Of a stretch of DNA of 64,000 bases, positions 14,160 to 27,456 are shown in pieces. The stretch comes from the human T2T-CHM13v2.0 reference genome, Homo sapiens. Numbering within the stretch: the stretch's first letter is position 1; every line of letters starts with the position of its first letter. Under the pieces are notes generated by a model. That model did no database searches. It saw only the letters and a program-made list of their open reading frames with translations, and was not told the origin of the DNA. The stretch lies in NCBI RefSeq assembly GCF_009914755.1, contig NC_060930.1, one strand, 5' to 3'. The translations under genes and the position numbers were made by a program.

Positions 14160-14430
14160 CCATGTTAACTCTCTGACTGCCTCCTACTATTTTACCACTA
14201 TTTTACCTATTTCTTATTCTTCCCAGTGGTCAGTCTTCGTATCTTTTGAACAGGGCAGTTATACTTACACCTCACAGCACTGCATTAGCTTCTACTTTTG
14301 CTTGGAATGTTCTTCCACAGAGATCCACATAGCTCTCTCTTATATGTACTTCAAATCTTTGCTGTAAAGTCATCTTTTTAGTGAAGCCATCTCTAATATC
14401 CCTATTTAGTCTTACAACATCTTTTACACA
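14160..14430 (+). mobile_element. L2 fragment
   Basis: gcttggaatgttcttccacagagatccacatagct resembles L2 3' region. Confidence 0.5.
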
Positions 14431-15042
14431 TCCCATCTGCCACCCCCATTCATTGCTTTTTATTTTTTTAAAGTTTTGTATTTAGATATTTTCAAACATA
14501 CACAAAGTTAGAAATAATAATATAAAGACTTCCTCATCTATCATCCAAACATTAATAATTATTAATATTGTTACAATCTTATTATCATAAATACTTCAGT
14601 CTACACCTTTAAATCTGTAATTTTCTGAAACACACACATCATGCTGTCATCAAATTTAACAAATTAACCGTACCTTACAACATCAGCTCATATTCAGATT
14701 TGCCAGCTGTCCCAAAAATATCTTGTTACAGCTGGTATGTTTGAATAAAGGTCCAAACAAGGTTTTTTTTTTTAAGTGATAAAGAATTAACTTTTTACTT
14801 TTTATTCTAACCTTCAAGTCTATTTATAGTATCTTTTAATTTTGTTTCAAAGACCAGAGGAATTATATACATTTCAGAGGAATTGGAAATGCATGTTCTG
14901 AAAAGCAGTAGCTAAAGTAAAATTAGTTCCAAATATGATCTTCCTTCAATGTCATGGTTATTCAGACTGTTTATTGGAAGACAGAGCTGAAGAAGCTGTG
15001 CCAAGACTCTCATATCTTGAAAATCCAAGTAAAAAAAAATAC

Positions 15043-15095
15043 TTGTAATCCCCTGAGTGAACAGCTTCAAAGTTCATACAAATGTGCTACATTGT
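15043..15095 (-). pseudogene. Pseudo-exon, 53 nt, TM*HICMNFEAVHSGDY(N), phase 0-2
   Basis: tattttag| and |gtattt; phases match both neighbours. Confidence 0.6.
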
Positions 15096-15389
15096 CTAAA
15101 ATATATCAATTAAAAAAATCAACTGTGCTCTAATCCTGATATTTTAAAAAATTATATAATGAAGTTCACAATTGGAAAAAATGTTTACTTCAAGAATTCA
15201 ACAGGCATACCAGTCTATTAAAATAAATATGTTAAATTCTTATTGTTCAAATGCAGGGTCTGTAATATGTGCTGTACCTGTTCAAAGGCTAGCAAAACTA
15301 CGTTGTTTATTAATCTTAAGTTGAACTCCAGTGACTTCATAGATTTCACTAGAATTTTTAAGAGCTATTTTGATATGAGCAGAGTGAGG

Positions 15390-15580
15390 CAGTAGAGGAC
15401 AAGAAAATATATTGCACTGGGAATTAGGAGATAAAATTTACAGCATATTTTCTACTACTAACTGGGTACTTAACATTAGGAAAGTCAATGATTCTATGCC
15501 TCTGCATCCTTCTGTAAAATGAGATAAAAATAGTTGCTTATTTAGTTCACAAATTTGTGAACTTTCTAAACTGAGATTTC
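15390..15580 (+). mobile_element. MIR
   Basis: gcctctgcatccttctgtaaaatgagata core-like. Confidence 0.5.
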
Positions 15581-15918
15581 TGTAATGATACCAATAACAT
15601 TTTTCTTCCAAGCATACCATTGCTTTAACAGGCTGTTTTAAGAAATACAAGTGTTTTATAACCTACTTCTTATTTTCCTTTCCTTCCTTTCTTTGCAAAA
15701 GCTATAGACATACACACTTAATTTCAAACTCAAACAATTGTATCTAAAGTTCTACATGATGTGTTTTCAATACATGATGTGTTTGGTGGCTATAAACATT
15801 GAGGGAGCTGTGGCCTTCTACAATGGGTTAAGGTCATTCTTTCCAGTCATAGCCACCTCCAAGAGGATTTCACCACTCTCTCCACACACAGATTGAAATA
15901 CAGTGTTGTGGTGCTTAC

Positions 15919-15976
15919 AGCAACATTAGAGACACCCATTGTCCTCATTTCAAAGTTCAGCCAACTCCTGTACTCT
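15919..15976 (-). pseudogene. Pseudo-exon, 58 nt, EYRSWLNFEMRTMGVSNVA, phase 2-0
   Basis: cttctgtag| and |gtaagc; open. Confidence 0.7.
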
Positions 15977-16155
15977 CTACAGAAGTCCGCAAAGAGTATG
16001 GGACTTCACTCAACTTTTGAAAGTACTCTTGTATATATGTTACTCTCTTCCCCTTTTTCTCATGATCAACATATTAATTCTCTTTCTCTTTCTCTCTCTC
16101 TCTTTCTCTCTCTCCACCTCTCCCTACTCCCTCATTTATTTGTCTACTCCTCTAC

Positions 16156-16762
16156 TTTTTTAATAGTTGTCAGGAAACAGTTGGCTTTTCTACAGTTGTC
16201 TCAGAAGTGGTCCTCAAGGACACTATGGGAGATGATTGTATCTGAATATTGTAGTATCTCTTTACAACTTGATATGGTTTGGATTTGTGTCCCCACCCAA
16301 ATCTCATGTTGAATTGCAATCCCCAGTATTGGAGGTAGGGCTTGATAGGAGGGAACTGGATTATGGGGGTGGAGTTCTCATGAAGGATTTAGCACCATCC
16401 CGCCTTGGTACTATATGGTGAGTGAGTTCTCACAAGACCTGGTTATTTAAAAGCGTGTAGCACCTCCCCTCTCTATTTCTTGCTCCTGCTTCCCCCATAT
16501 GCGATGGCTCACTCCCACTTCACCTTCCACCATGACTCTAAGTTCCCGGAGGCCTCCCCAGAAGCTGACGTCACCATGCTTCAGGTACAGACTGCAGAAC
16601 CATGAGCCAATTAAACCTCTTTTCTTTATAAATTACCTAGTGTTAGGTATTTCTTCATAGCATTGTGAGAACGGACTAAATACACAACTTATTCTGAACT
16701 TAAAGTCCCTCAAAGCTTTCTCTCCAATTTTGTTTATGCACCATCATGTGGGATAATGAATC
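16156..16762 (-). pseudogene. Pseudo-exon split by an MSTA LTR (187 nt after removal)
   Basis: IHYPT*WCINKIGEKALRDFKFRISC/KEILQYSDTIISHSVLEDHF*DNCRKANCFLTTIKK; frame is continuous across the insertion after removing one CAACT TSD; both stops are TGA. Confidence 0.7.
16270..16684 (+). mobile_element. MSTA MaLR solo LTR
   Basis: tgatatggtttggatttgtgtcccc...gactaaataca; perfect 5-bp TSD CAACT at 16265-16269 and 16685-16689. Confidence 0.92.
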
Positions 16763-16992
16763 CTATAAGTTTATAACTTGCTATGTAACATGGTACTGTA
16801 TTTGCTTTCATCCAGCTTAAAACCACAGAAGCTAAGCTTTGCTGGAAGTAGACACAGATACTATCGGAGTATAGCTAGGCTGTGATTCAGGGAAGCTGAA
16901 TTAGAAGCTGAGCTGGCATAGAATGCAAATTTAAAGGAGGACATTTAAATGTTCATATGCCAAGACTGGCTAATTTGGTAGGGGGCTGGCAC

Positions 16993-17053
16993 CTGCTTTT
17001 ACAACAAATCCAGGGTTCATTGCATAAGAAAATTTCAGAGTTTTCCTTCATAT
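16993..17053 (-). pseudogene. Pseudo-exon, 61 nt, (D)MKENSEIFLCNEPWICCKS(R), phase 1-2
   Basis: ttttttgaaag| and AG|gtgcca; no stop or frameshift. Confidence 0.65.
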
Positions 17054-18100
17054 CTTTCAAAAAATCAGACACAAAGGATAAATTGAGTCTCTTTTTTCTT
17101 TCTTAATTCTAACTGCCCATTTTACAAACATGATCATCAAAGAGACATACTGAGGTTTAGTATCAGATTTCACATTTTTATATATGTAAGGAAAGTTCTC
17201 ATCATCCTTACACAATCTCTTGAACACATATTTGTTTATTTAAGATGGCAGTAGCCCTATGCATTGTGAGCACCTTTCTCTTTCTTATGAATGTATTTGT
17301 TTAGTCATTTAAACAATATTTTAATTGCTTTTTTATTGTTGCTTTGCTATAAGTTTCATTTAATAACAACTGTGTTTGCCAAATATTCAATAATATCTTT
17401 AAACTGTATGTAAGCTTGCTACTGGATTTTTTTCTAATACCTACTTTTTATGCTTCCAAAATCAAATTACTATACATGAGTTTGAGTTTTTTCCCTATTT
17501 TAAATAAAAAAGAATATCATCATTTTTTTAAAAGGTGGGTATACAGGATGAACAAATACATTATTCATGAGGTAAAGATGATATAGAACATAGGCTTTTC
17601 TTTGTCTTAACAAAAAAAGAAATATACAAAAGTTGCATTAATTAGTGTTCCTCAAGAACACTACTGTTTCTGAAGAATATTACACTAGTAAAATCTTTAA
17701 GAATAAAAGATTCACCACTCAAGTAAGTTTTGGAAATATACATCTATCTTTGTTTTAGAGTTTCTCAATGTATATGGGCATATTCATGCCTCTAAGATCT
17801 GCTGTTCAAAAACATGCTTTGGTTTTCCTTCCATTTCTCTAATATAGTTCATATGATATGCCTTGTTTAAAATTAGCATTTCATGGAATACTCTTTGGGA
17901 AATGGTAAACTAGTATCATTATACCTAACAGCAAGCGAAACTTGAAAATACATTTTTCTCAGCTGCAGTTAGACTGTATATTGTAGAGCCAATTTTCTGT
18001 ATGCATAATTTACCCACTGATTTAGAAACAAGGTTATAGCAGTGGAAGTTTCATCAGAAAGATGACTCATGATAAGTCTTGAAACTCCTTCCCACAAGTT

Positions 18101-18609
18101 GTATCAGTATCATTTAGCCCACATTTGAATATAAGTAATATAAACTAACAGTGGCTTAAAACCTTTTAAAAGGACATCTGCCATTGAGTTAACAAGAAGT
18201 TTAGCGGTAGAAAGTCCTAGAGATGGTTTAGTAGCTCAATAATATGTTTACGGTTCTATCTTCCTAAACTTCCATCCTCAATGTGTCAGAAACACTTTCC
18301 CCTAGTGTACGTAAAACAGCAGATCCAGGCATTGTAGCCCCATATGACAAAATTATAGCAGAAAGAAAAGGAAGGAGCAAGAAGAGTTCCCCCGTGCTGC
18401 ATTCTTTTCAGAGCAGAAAATTTTGATCAGAGACTCCCAGGAGTTTTTCAGAGATAGCAAAATGGATTAGGACTGCAGTGATCTACTTCTCATCCAAAAC
18501 ATTTCTCCTTTTGGCTTAAATGCATTGCTGCCTGAACAAACTAGCAGCTGTCTTAGAAAGGAATGAAATAGAATGTCTTTGGGGGAGGAAATCAAGAGTG
18601 TCTGCCACA
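18101..18609 (-). mobile_element. MLT1J-like MaLR LTR
   Basis: ctaacagtggcttaaa...cattgctgcctgaacaaa...gtgtctgccaca. Confidence 0.5.
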
Positions 18610-18646
18610 TTCCTTCTTAAAAATTGTACATGTTCCAAATACTTAT

Positions 18647-19040
18647 CTGTGGATACAAAGTTGCAATGCCAAGAAACCAAAGTTTGTGTTTTTGCCTCTT
18701 CCTATATTTTCAGAACTTTTCACATATTACAAATGTTTCTGGTAATGCTCATAGGAGTCATAATTAGCCTGCCAGTTATAGACGATATCTGGCATTCATA
18801 TATTCTTCCACTTTTGCTCATGTTCCCTTGGGGCACAAACTATCTGATGTCCACAAATCTACTTGATCAGTTCTGGTCATTCCCATTTCTGAGTGTGACA
18901 TCATGAGCACACCAATGTCTGTGCCAAGGCTAAAGTCTCACAATACCATTAACAAACCCAGTCACAAATATGCTAAGGCATTGAGGGTTCTGCAAAAGTC
19001 AGGGAGAATGACCCCCCTCATTCTGAACCCCTTTGCGTCT
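18647..19040 (-). pseudogene. Pseudo-exon, 394 nt, phase 1-1 with one frameshift
   Basis: Strong acceptor ctcttgtttctcag|; ...EHEQKWKNI*MPDIVYNWQANYDSYEHYQKHL*YV...; donor mutated to |ataagt; in-register antisense ORF 18520..18906; about 9 stops, so support is moderate. Confidence 0.55.
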
Positions 19041-20263
19041 CTGAGAAACAAGAGAGTCGCTCAATAAAGCAATGAAACAGAAATGACATAGGTTATGAGT
19101 TTACTATTCAAGCATATTAAAATAGATGTTGTGACTATGTTCAACTATATAAAGGGAAGCATGTATCTAAAGCAGATCAAAAGAAAGGATATAAAAAATA
19201 CAATTCCTAGAGATGAAAAATACAGAAAAATACAATATTGAAATAAAAATTTATTAGATGGAAATACCAGTGGATTAGACATTTCAGAAAAAAAAACAGT
19301 AAACTTGAAAACTTAATAATAGGATCTATCCAAAGTGAAGCATAGAGGGAGGAAAAAAAAATGCTGAGCATCATGATTAGCAGAACAAGATTACTTGGTC
19401 TAACATATGCCAAATTGGAGTCAACAAGGGAGAGATAATTGAAGAAGTAAAGGTGAAAAATCATCCAAATTTAATGAAAACTATAAAATCACAAATCCAA
19501 GAATCTCTACAAATCCCGTGGAAGATAAACATAAAATGCATGCACTCACACATGGGTGTAGACTAACAAGCAGCATAATAAAATTTCTTGAAACGATTGA
19601 TAAAGGCATGCTCTTGAAAGCTGTCAGAAAAGAGACACCTTATAAACAAAAGATCAAAGATAGAAATAACTGCGGACTTCTTTCCATAAATATGCAAGCC
19701 AAAATAGTATCACCAGCAGACCTGCACTACCACAAATGTTAAAGGAAGCTCTCCTGAGAGAAAGAAAATGATAGCAGTTGGAAATTTGAATCTATGCAAC
19801 AGAATGAAGAGTTCCAGAAGTAGCAAATAGAAGGGTAAATACTCTTTCTCATTTTTAGGTTATTTAAAATAATATTGACCATATAAAGCAAAAATAATAA
19901 AAATGTACTGTGGGATTTATAGAACAGGTAGAAGCAAAATGTATGTCAATAGCATGTAGGATGAGCAGGGAAAAGAAAGTATACTCATTATATTGTAAAT
20001 GGCATAATATTATTTTAATGTAGACTATATTAAATTAAAAAATGTATGCTACAAACCCTAGAGATACTGCTACAAAAATAAAATGCATAAGTGTAGCTAA
20101 TAATCCAATAATGGTGATAAAAAGGAATACTAAAATATACTCATCACATCAGAAGGCACAAGTAAGGGGAAAAAGAAATAAAGACCAGATGAAACAAAAA
20201 AATAGAAAGATGATAGCTATACACCTAACCATATTAAAAATTAATTAATTTAAGTGGTCCAAC

Positions 20264-20487
20264 CCTGGTTGGTAAGCTTCAACCTATGGGACAAATCCAG
20301 CCTGCCAAGTGTTTTTGTAAATAATGTTTTGTTGGAACACAGCCATCCTTGTTTGTTTACCCATTGCCTATGACTGCTTTCACACTACAATGTTAAAGCT
20401 GAGTAGATTCAAGGAGAGACCATATGGCCTGCAAGGCTTAAGCTGTTTACTATCTGGCTCTTTGCAGAAAAGGTTTCCTGACTCCTG
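20264..20487 (+). mobile_element. MER58A (hAT-Charlie) nested in L1M
   Basis: caaatccagcctgcc...ttggaacacagcca...tttactatctggctctttgcagaaaa. Confidence 0.8.
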
Positions 20488-21184
20488 ATCTAAATACTCC
20501 AAGTAAAAACAGAAATTACCAGACTGGATTAAAAGAAAGATCCAATGACTGCCTACAAGAAATATATTCTGGATATAAAGATACAGATAAGATAAAGTCA
20601 AAGGATGAAAAAAACTATTACTATGCAAACGCTTTTCAAAAGAATGCTGAGGTGTCTATATTAATGTCAGATAGTATACTCCAGAAGAAGGACTTTATCA
20701 GGGATAAAAAGGGGGCATTTATAATGAAAATAGGTCAATTCATCAAGAAGACATAACATTCCTAAATGTGTGTGCATACTGTAAGAGAGCTAAAAAATGC
20801 AGGAAGCAAAAAACTGACAGAATTAAAAGGAAACACAAATCCACAATTACAGGAGATCTGTATACTCCTGTCTCAGGAACTGAGAGAACAAGTAGATACA
20901 AGATTATTAAGAATGGAGAAAGTATGAACAATACTATTAGCCAATATGGCTTTATTTATAGAACTCTCAATCTGATGACAGCAGAATACCCATTATTTTC
21001 AAGTGCAAATGATGTATTTCCAAGGCAGACCATTTTCTGCTTCATAAAATGTCTCATTAAATTTAAAAGAATTGATAGAGTTTGTTTTCTGACAACAAAA
21101 TTAAATTAGAAATCAATAACACAAGGACATCTAAAACATATCCAAATATGTGAAAATCAAATATCACAGTTTTAAATAACCATC

Positions 21185-21617
21185 TGTTATGGTTGGTATG
21201 TGTCCCTCAAATATCATGTATTGGGAACTTAATGCCCAATGTGGCAGCTTTGAAAGGTGGGGACTTTAAGAGGTGACTGGATGATGAAGGCTCTGCTCTC
21301 ATGAATGGATTAATCTATTCATGGACTAAAGAATTAACAAGTTAATGAATTAATGGGCTACATGGGAGTACTGGTGGCTTCATAGGGAGAAAAATAAAAA
21401 CCTGAGCAACCACGTTAGCACTCTCAGCCCTCTTGCCATGTGATACCCTGTACCGCCTCGGGTCTGTGCACAGGTCCCACCAGAAAGAATGCCCTCACCA
21501 GACGTGCCCCTCAACCTTGGACTTTCCAGCCTCCACTATGAGAAATAAATTCTTTTTCTTTATAAATTTCCCAGTTTCACATATTCTGTTATAAGCAACA
21601 GGAAACTGACTAAGGCA
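21185..21617 (+). mobile_element. MSTC/MSTD-like MaLR LTR nested in L1M
   Basis: TG...CA ends; perfect TSD CCATC at 21180-21184 and 21618-21622. Confidence 0.85.
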
Positions 21618-24388
21618 CCATCTGTCAAAGAAGGAATCACAAGAGGAATTAGAAAATATTTTGAGCTTCATGAAAATAAAAAAGCAGTATATCAAGATTT
21701 TAAAATTTCACTAAAATGATGCTTACAGTAAAATTGATTTTCTTATTTCTTAAAATAAGAAAGATCTAAAGAAATTCAATTAAACAATATCTACCTTAAG
21801 CAGCTAGAATAAAAGAGCAAATTAAATCCAAAGTAAGTCAGAGAGTAAAGCAATAAATGTAAGAGCTGAAAGTAATGAAAGAGAAAATGGGGGAAATGTA
21901 GAAAATTTATATAACTAATATCTATCTGATTCTTTGAAATTCTACAAAAAGCTACTTGAACTAGTAATAACAAGTGCATTTATTAGCAAGGTCCAAGGAT
22001 AAAAGTCAATATACAAAAGATCAACAGTATTTTGATAAACTAGCAAAGAACAAATGGAAAACGATGTCTAAAACATGGCATTTATAATGGCATCCACAAA
22101 CATGATTTACAGATAAATTTTGTTAAATAATGTGCACAAACCTATACAATGAAAATTATAAAACGTTTCTGAGAAAAATAAAATGGAGAGATAAGTAAAT
22201 AAAGAGATATGCTCAGGGAAGGAAAGACTAAATATTTTTAAAATGTCAATTCTCCTTAAAATGACCAATATATTTATTACAATCCCAATCAAAATTCCAC
22301 TGGATAAGCTTCCATTGGACAGTGCTATTCTAGCAGAAAACAAAGTAAGTAATATTTGCAATCTCTGGATAGGTAAAGATTTCTTAAATAGAACATAAAA
22401 AAGTACAAATTATAAAAGAAAAATTGATAAAATTGTACTTTATAAAAATCTTATAACTTCTACTCTTTGATGGACTACATTAAGAAAATAAAAATGCAAG
22501 CCACAGACACGAAAAAAAATTTGCAATATGTAACAAAGGACTTGTATCCAGAAAATACAGTTGCTGACAAAGTTTAGAATATACTTACAATATATCCCAA
22601 TAACTCCACTTAAGAAGAATAAAAACATATTTCCACACAAAGACTTGTAAATGAATGTTCATAACAGTGTTATTCAGAGTAGCCCCACACTGGACATAAC
22701 CCAGTTGTCCATAAACAGGTGAATAAATAATCAAAAATACAGTCATACAAAGGAATACTACCAAGTAACAAAACAGGAATAAACTATTGATACCACATCA
22801 TAGATGAATCTCAAAAACATTATAATGAATGAAGGATGCCAAGAAACAAAAGATTACATAAAGGATGATTCCATTTTTATGTAACTCTAGAAAAGAAAAT
22901 TATCATCTATGTGATAGAAAGCAGAGCAGGGATTGCCTGGACCTGGAGGAGGGATAAATTACCTGGGGAAAGGCACAAGGAAACTTTTTAAGGGTGATGG
23001 AAATGTTCTATATCTTAATTGTGGTGATGGTTTCATGGGTGCGTATGTTTGTCAAACCCCATCAAAATACAGACTTAAAAATGGATGCATTTTATTGTAT
23101 GTAAACTTTATACTTCAATAAAATTTATTTTTAAGTTACTGATTATATTTATTAAATATACACAGTAAACAAAATTAAGTTTCAGTTTCTATTTGAAGCT
23201 TTTTATAAGCAAAAAGAATGAAAGGAGAAAAAAGAGAAAGGCAAGACGCAGAAAAAATAGAATATAGGTCAATTTCAGTCTCTTTCAAAATTGTAAAATG
23301 AGGAGGTGGAATAATTATTTGATTTATTTGGATTTGTCTATTTTTATTTGAAGTGTTTTTTGTGTAATCAAAACTACAAAACCATTGCAATTATTTTTGT
23401 CCTCAGAATTTTCTTTCCTCTGAGTAACATCATGTACAAATTTCATTACATAGGCATTTAGACAGATTTTCATATAAATACATATTTGGGAAAGAATGTT
23501 TCTTTGCCAATTTCCAATGTAGAAATTAGATAAATACTAGGCATAAAAAGTTATGTGGTTGAATGCTTTTCTTTAATTTCCATGCCAAAAGACCAGAATC
23601 TCTAATATTGAACAAACTCTTTTAATTTTATTAGCAGTTACTCTTGTGGAATACAGAATTTGGTGCCAGAAAATCACATTATTCCACTGACAATTAGATA
23701 ACATGGCCATATCTTTAGAGCACCAATATTAAATTACTGGAACATCAGAAAAAAATGAAACTGTGAATTATAATTTTCCCTAGCAACATATGTGTCTTTT
23801 TTTCCTGTTTCCCACTTCCCCACTTTTTCCCCAAACTGACTAATTTTCTATCTAATGTTCAGTGTTTTTAGGGCATAAATTAGCCCAAGTGCTTAAAATT
23901 TAAAGCCTTATTTTCCCATTTCCTATAAAGCAATATAGGGTTTTGCAGTGTTAACAAAAGGGACACCACATTGCTTATTGTTTTGCGCAAATTTTAAAAT
24001 GGAAAAAAGTTTGAACACATCCTTTCTACATAGATGTAGTAAGTTTCATTGAAATAATACAAATCTTTTTTTTTTCCGAAATCACAGAAGAAAGCAAATA
24101 CTTTTATTTTTCTCTATGGAGTTATTTAATGAGTTAATGAGTGAGTACATGAAATAGGAGTAGTAACTTACAAAGTGTACCCCAAAATGTCCTAAAAATT
24201 CTCAGTTAGCTGCAATTCTCAGCAACGGTGAGGCTTGATTCTAAACAATCCTAATCAAGTTGAATAGATTTATTCAGGAAAAAAAGTTATCACATATTTC
24301 AGGAAGCAGAGGAACAGAGCAACAAGTTGTTGCCCTGCCAACAGTGACCACAGAAGCCACAGCTAGACGGCGGCAGCCTGTTCGGTCA

Positions 24389-24763
<375 letters not shown>

Positions 24764-25889
24764 AAGCAGTTCCCTGGCTAACCCAGGGTAATACTGGTGC
24801 CACCAACAGTGACAACAGCATTTAAGTAGCAAGGGTGAAAATATCGAATTCTGTTTTACACATTCACAGTTAACTGATGGTAGGACATTCTGTGAAGAGA
24901 CTGCATTAATTCTGTTATACAGAGGACTAGAGAGACGTTTAGGATCGAAGAGAGGAGACCTGATAATTGTCTGTGTGGCTCAAATTTGTTTCAATATGTA
25001 TGCAATTAGCCACAAAGGACAATATAGAGGCCAATGTAAAACTGCTGTCTCCACTGGTAATCATATAACAACAGCCTACTGTGTGTTGAACAATTGTTAT
25101 GTATTTTTAATTATCATATTTGGAAACAATCCTGAAATATTATTGCTATTCCCTTTCAAAGATGAGGCTTATCACAACTAATTTGGTTTATCACAGCGAC
25201 TCCCTTTCAAATACTGAGGCTTATCGCAACAAATTTCAAGGCCGCACAGGTAGGAAATGTTAAAAGGTCTGTCCCAAACCTGGGATATTAAAGAACTTCT
25301 GGTTCCCATTTTGTGTTCTTCACATTACTGGGGGAACCTAATAAAATAAGCCAATCATCAGAAAGTTGTAATAATAATAACTAACAATTATCAGGTACTT
25401 ATTATGTTCCAGCTACTCATCTAAGAATTTTACTCTATTAATTCACCCAAATCCTAGCACTACAGGCCACATCATAATTCTCCTTTATGTGATCTTTATA
25501 CTAATAAATATGGTTCAAAAAGAATTTCAAATCAACTTTGGCAAAAGGTGTACTTCAGAACATATTTTTAAACACTGCATGAGGTTTGCCTTTAACAAGC
25601 TCACTGTCTCATAGGGACAATTGCAATTACAAAGAACAATTGCAATATAGGATTAAAAACAAAAAATGTTATCATGGGGCCTTATATAGGATATTAGTAA
25701 GAACACTTGGGAGAGGTCCAAAAAAGGACCTGGAATAGTCACTCGGAATGAAACCTGCAAATAACATTCCAAAAGGTAGAAAAAATTCAGTGCAGTGAAA
25801 AATTCTGCCCAACACAGTGATGGAATAATTAATTGGCCTCCAATTGCCAACTAAGTATTGTATTGAAACAGGAACAATAGAGAGAACAT

Positions 25890-26080
25890 GCTTTAGTTAT
25901 AGTAAAACTGAAAACAGGAGCTTTGGAGCCTGGCAGATCTGAGTTTGCATTCTAGATTTGTCACTGCTTATTAGCGTGAAGCTCAGTGTTTTCCTTTATG
26001 AAATGAAAACATTACCTACTCCTAAGGAAGCTGTGAAGACTCAGGGTGGAATGTTTTTGAAATCACTGAATCAATAGCTG
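25890..26080 (+). mobile_element. MIR
   Basis: gctttggagcctggcagatctgagtttgcattc...ctcagtgttttcctttatgaaatg. Confidence 0.55.
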
Positions 26081-26384
26081 TTGTGAGTGTCTCTGCTGTG
26101 GCTTCCTAATGTAACTTTCTCCTTTAGGGAGCTCAGCACTAATGTCTTTCCTCCAGGCTCTTAGGACTCTTAAAACCTGCAAGGGCCCATTAACATTTCA
26201 TGGGGACAGGCAATAACATTCATCTCTTTTACTCTCTGGGTGTTATTGGAGATAGCGATCATTTCCTATGTGAGCTTATGCCTCTAAAATTTTACTAGTT
26301 CGCCTTAAAATGAACAAGAGAATCATGGGATGGTGTGGGGTAAAACTAGTCAGCGCTAGCTCTCTTTTTCCCTCTTTTTCCTAC

Positions 26385-27456
26385 GTGGGTGCCACTTATT
26401 CCTATAATGAGATCTTCCCCACTTCCCAAGTCTGCACAAGGTGTGAGAGAGTCCTTGTCAGTTAAAGGAAAGCCAGAATAGCTGCTTTCACTTAAATTTA
26501 GAGAAGCTGAAAAGTAGGTTGTCTTAAGTGGAATTAAATATGTTATTATCAAAAGAACTCAGCACCATCCTAGGATTACAGGCATCCTGATAATCCTCCT
26601 TCAGGTAAATGGGAAATAATTTTAGATGTTTCTAAACTTTTAAAGAAAAATTTTAGAAAATGTTTGCTTGGTTCTTAACATTCTTTCTTTTTATCCACAG
26701 CGACCACCATCTTTAACCAAATATTTTCTGTTTCTTCCACATTACTCTTTGGTAGAAACAAAATATTAATTAACCTTAAAACTTTGCATCTAAAAATGAA
26801 AAGTTAACTCCCAAGATCTGTGATAAAAGCCATCTTCAGCCATTACACCCTGCTCCTTACTCTCCACTATTCTCTCAATTTTTTTTTTTAACTAGGCCCT
26901 TTGTTTCCCTGGACTCATAATTATAGAAATAAAACATGGGGAAATACGACTGTATTTCAGTCTTTCATTATGTAAGCATAAGGAAATTCATCTTTGAATA
27001 CATGTAAGTTCACTGCTGTCATGAAAATGTACTCTCCATGGTTTTTCTCCATGAAAACCATACAAACACCAATCACTACTCTTCTATGTTCCCACTCATT
27101 CCTTTCTAAATACTATCTGAAGTCTATTTATTGACTAGGGTTAAGCCTCTCCAAGTTAAACTTGAGGATGTTCTCTTTCCAGTGAGCCACTTCATACCAA
27201 ACAAGCTTCCCCCTCTCCTTTTTGCCCCTCAATTGTGAAGGAAACAGTCCTTTCCTTTTTCAAAGCACTGAGAAATCCTCAAAGCTCAATTGTCCAGTGA
27301 ATTCTTTCTAATTCCAAAGTTTAATGAACCTTAAGACAATACATTTCTGACAGCATTTCTGTAATTACATCTAATACTTCTGATTTTCTTAGTTTCTATC
27401 ACTTCTTGACTTCTCATTTAGGATGAGTTATTAAGTGTATTTCTTAATCTCTGGAT
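26385..27456 (-). pseudogene. Large pseudo-exon (about 1.07 kb), phase 1-1
   Basis: tttctag| ...LRFIKLWN*KEFTGQLSFEDFSVL*KRKGLFPSQLRGKKERGKLVWYEVAHWKENILKFNLERLNP...GKWGRSHYRNKWHP |gtagga; several stops and frameshifts. Confidence 0.6.

Larger units (their letters stand above)
19060..23130 (+). mobile_element. Old L1M element (ORF1/ORF2 remnants and 3'UTR), internally deleted
   Basis: A-rich L1 motifs; ORF 20768..21109 is endonuclease-like; ends cattttattgtatgtaaactttatacttcaataaa. Confidence 0.75.

Noticed and set aside
15753-15784. Short direct repeats (tacatgatgtgttt x2; also 25617-25646 and about 60191-60215) and a 16-bp palindrome at 51523-51538
   Set aside because: Two copies only, typical slippage or transposon remnants; not CRISPR-like or otherwise functional on this evidence
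15893-16312. 139-aa hydrophobic plus-strand ORF, and similar ones at 11081 and 18520
   Set aside because: Antisense shadows of minus-strand pseudo-exons, a CT repeat and an LTR; no independent gene signals
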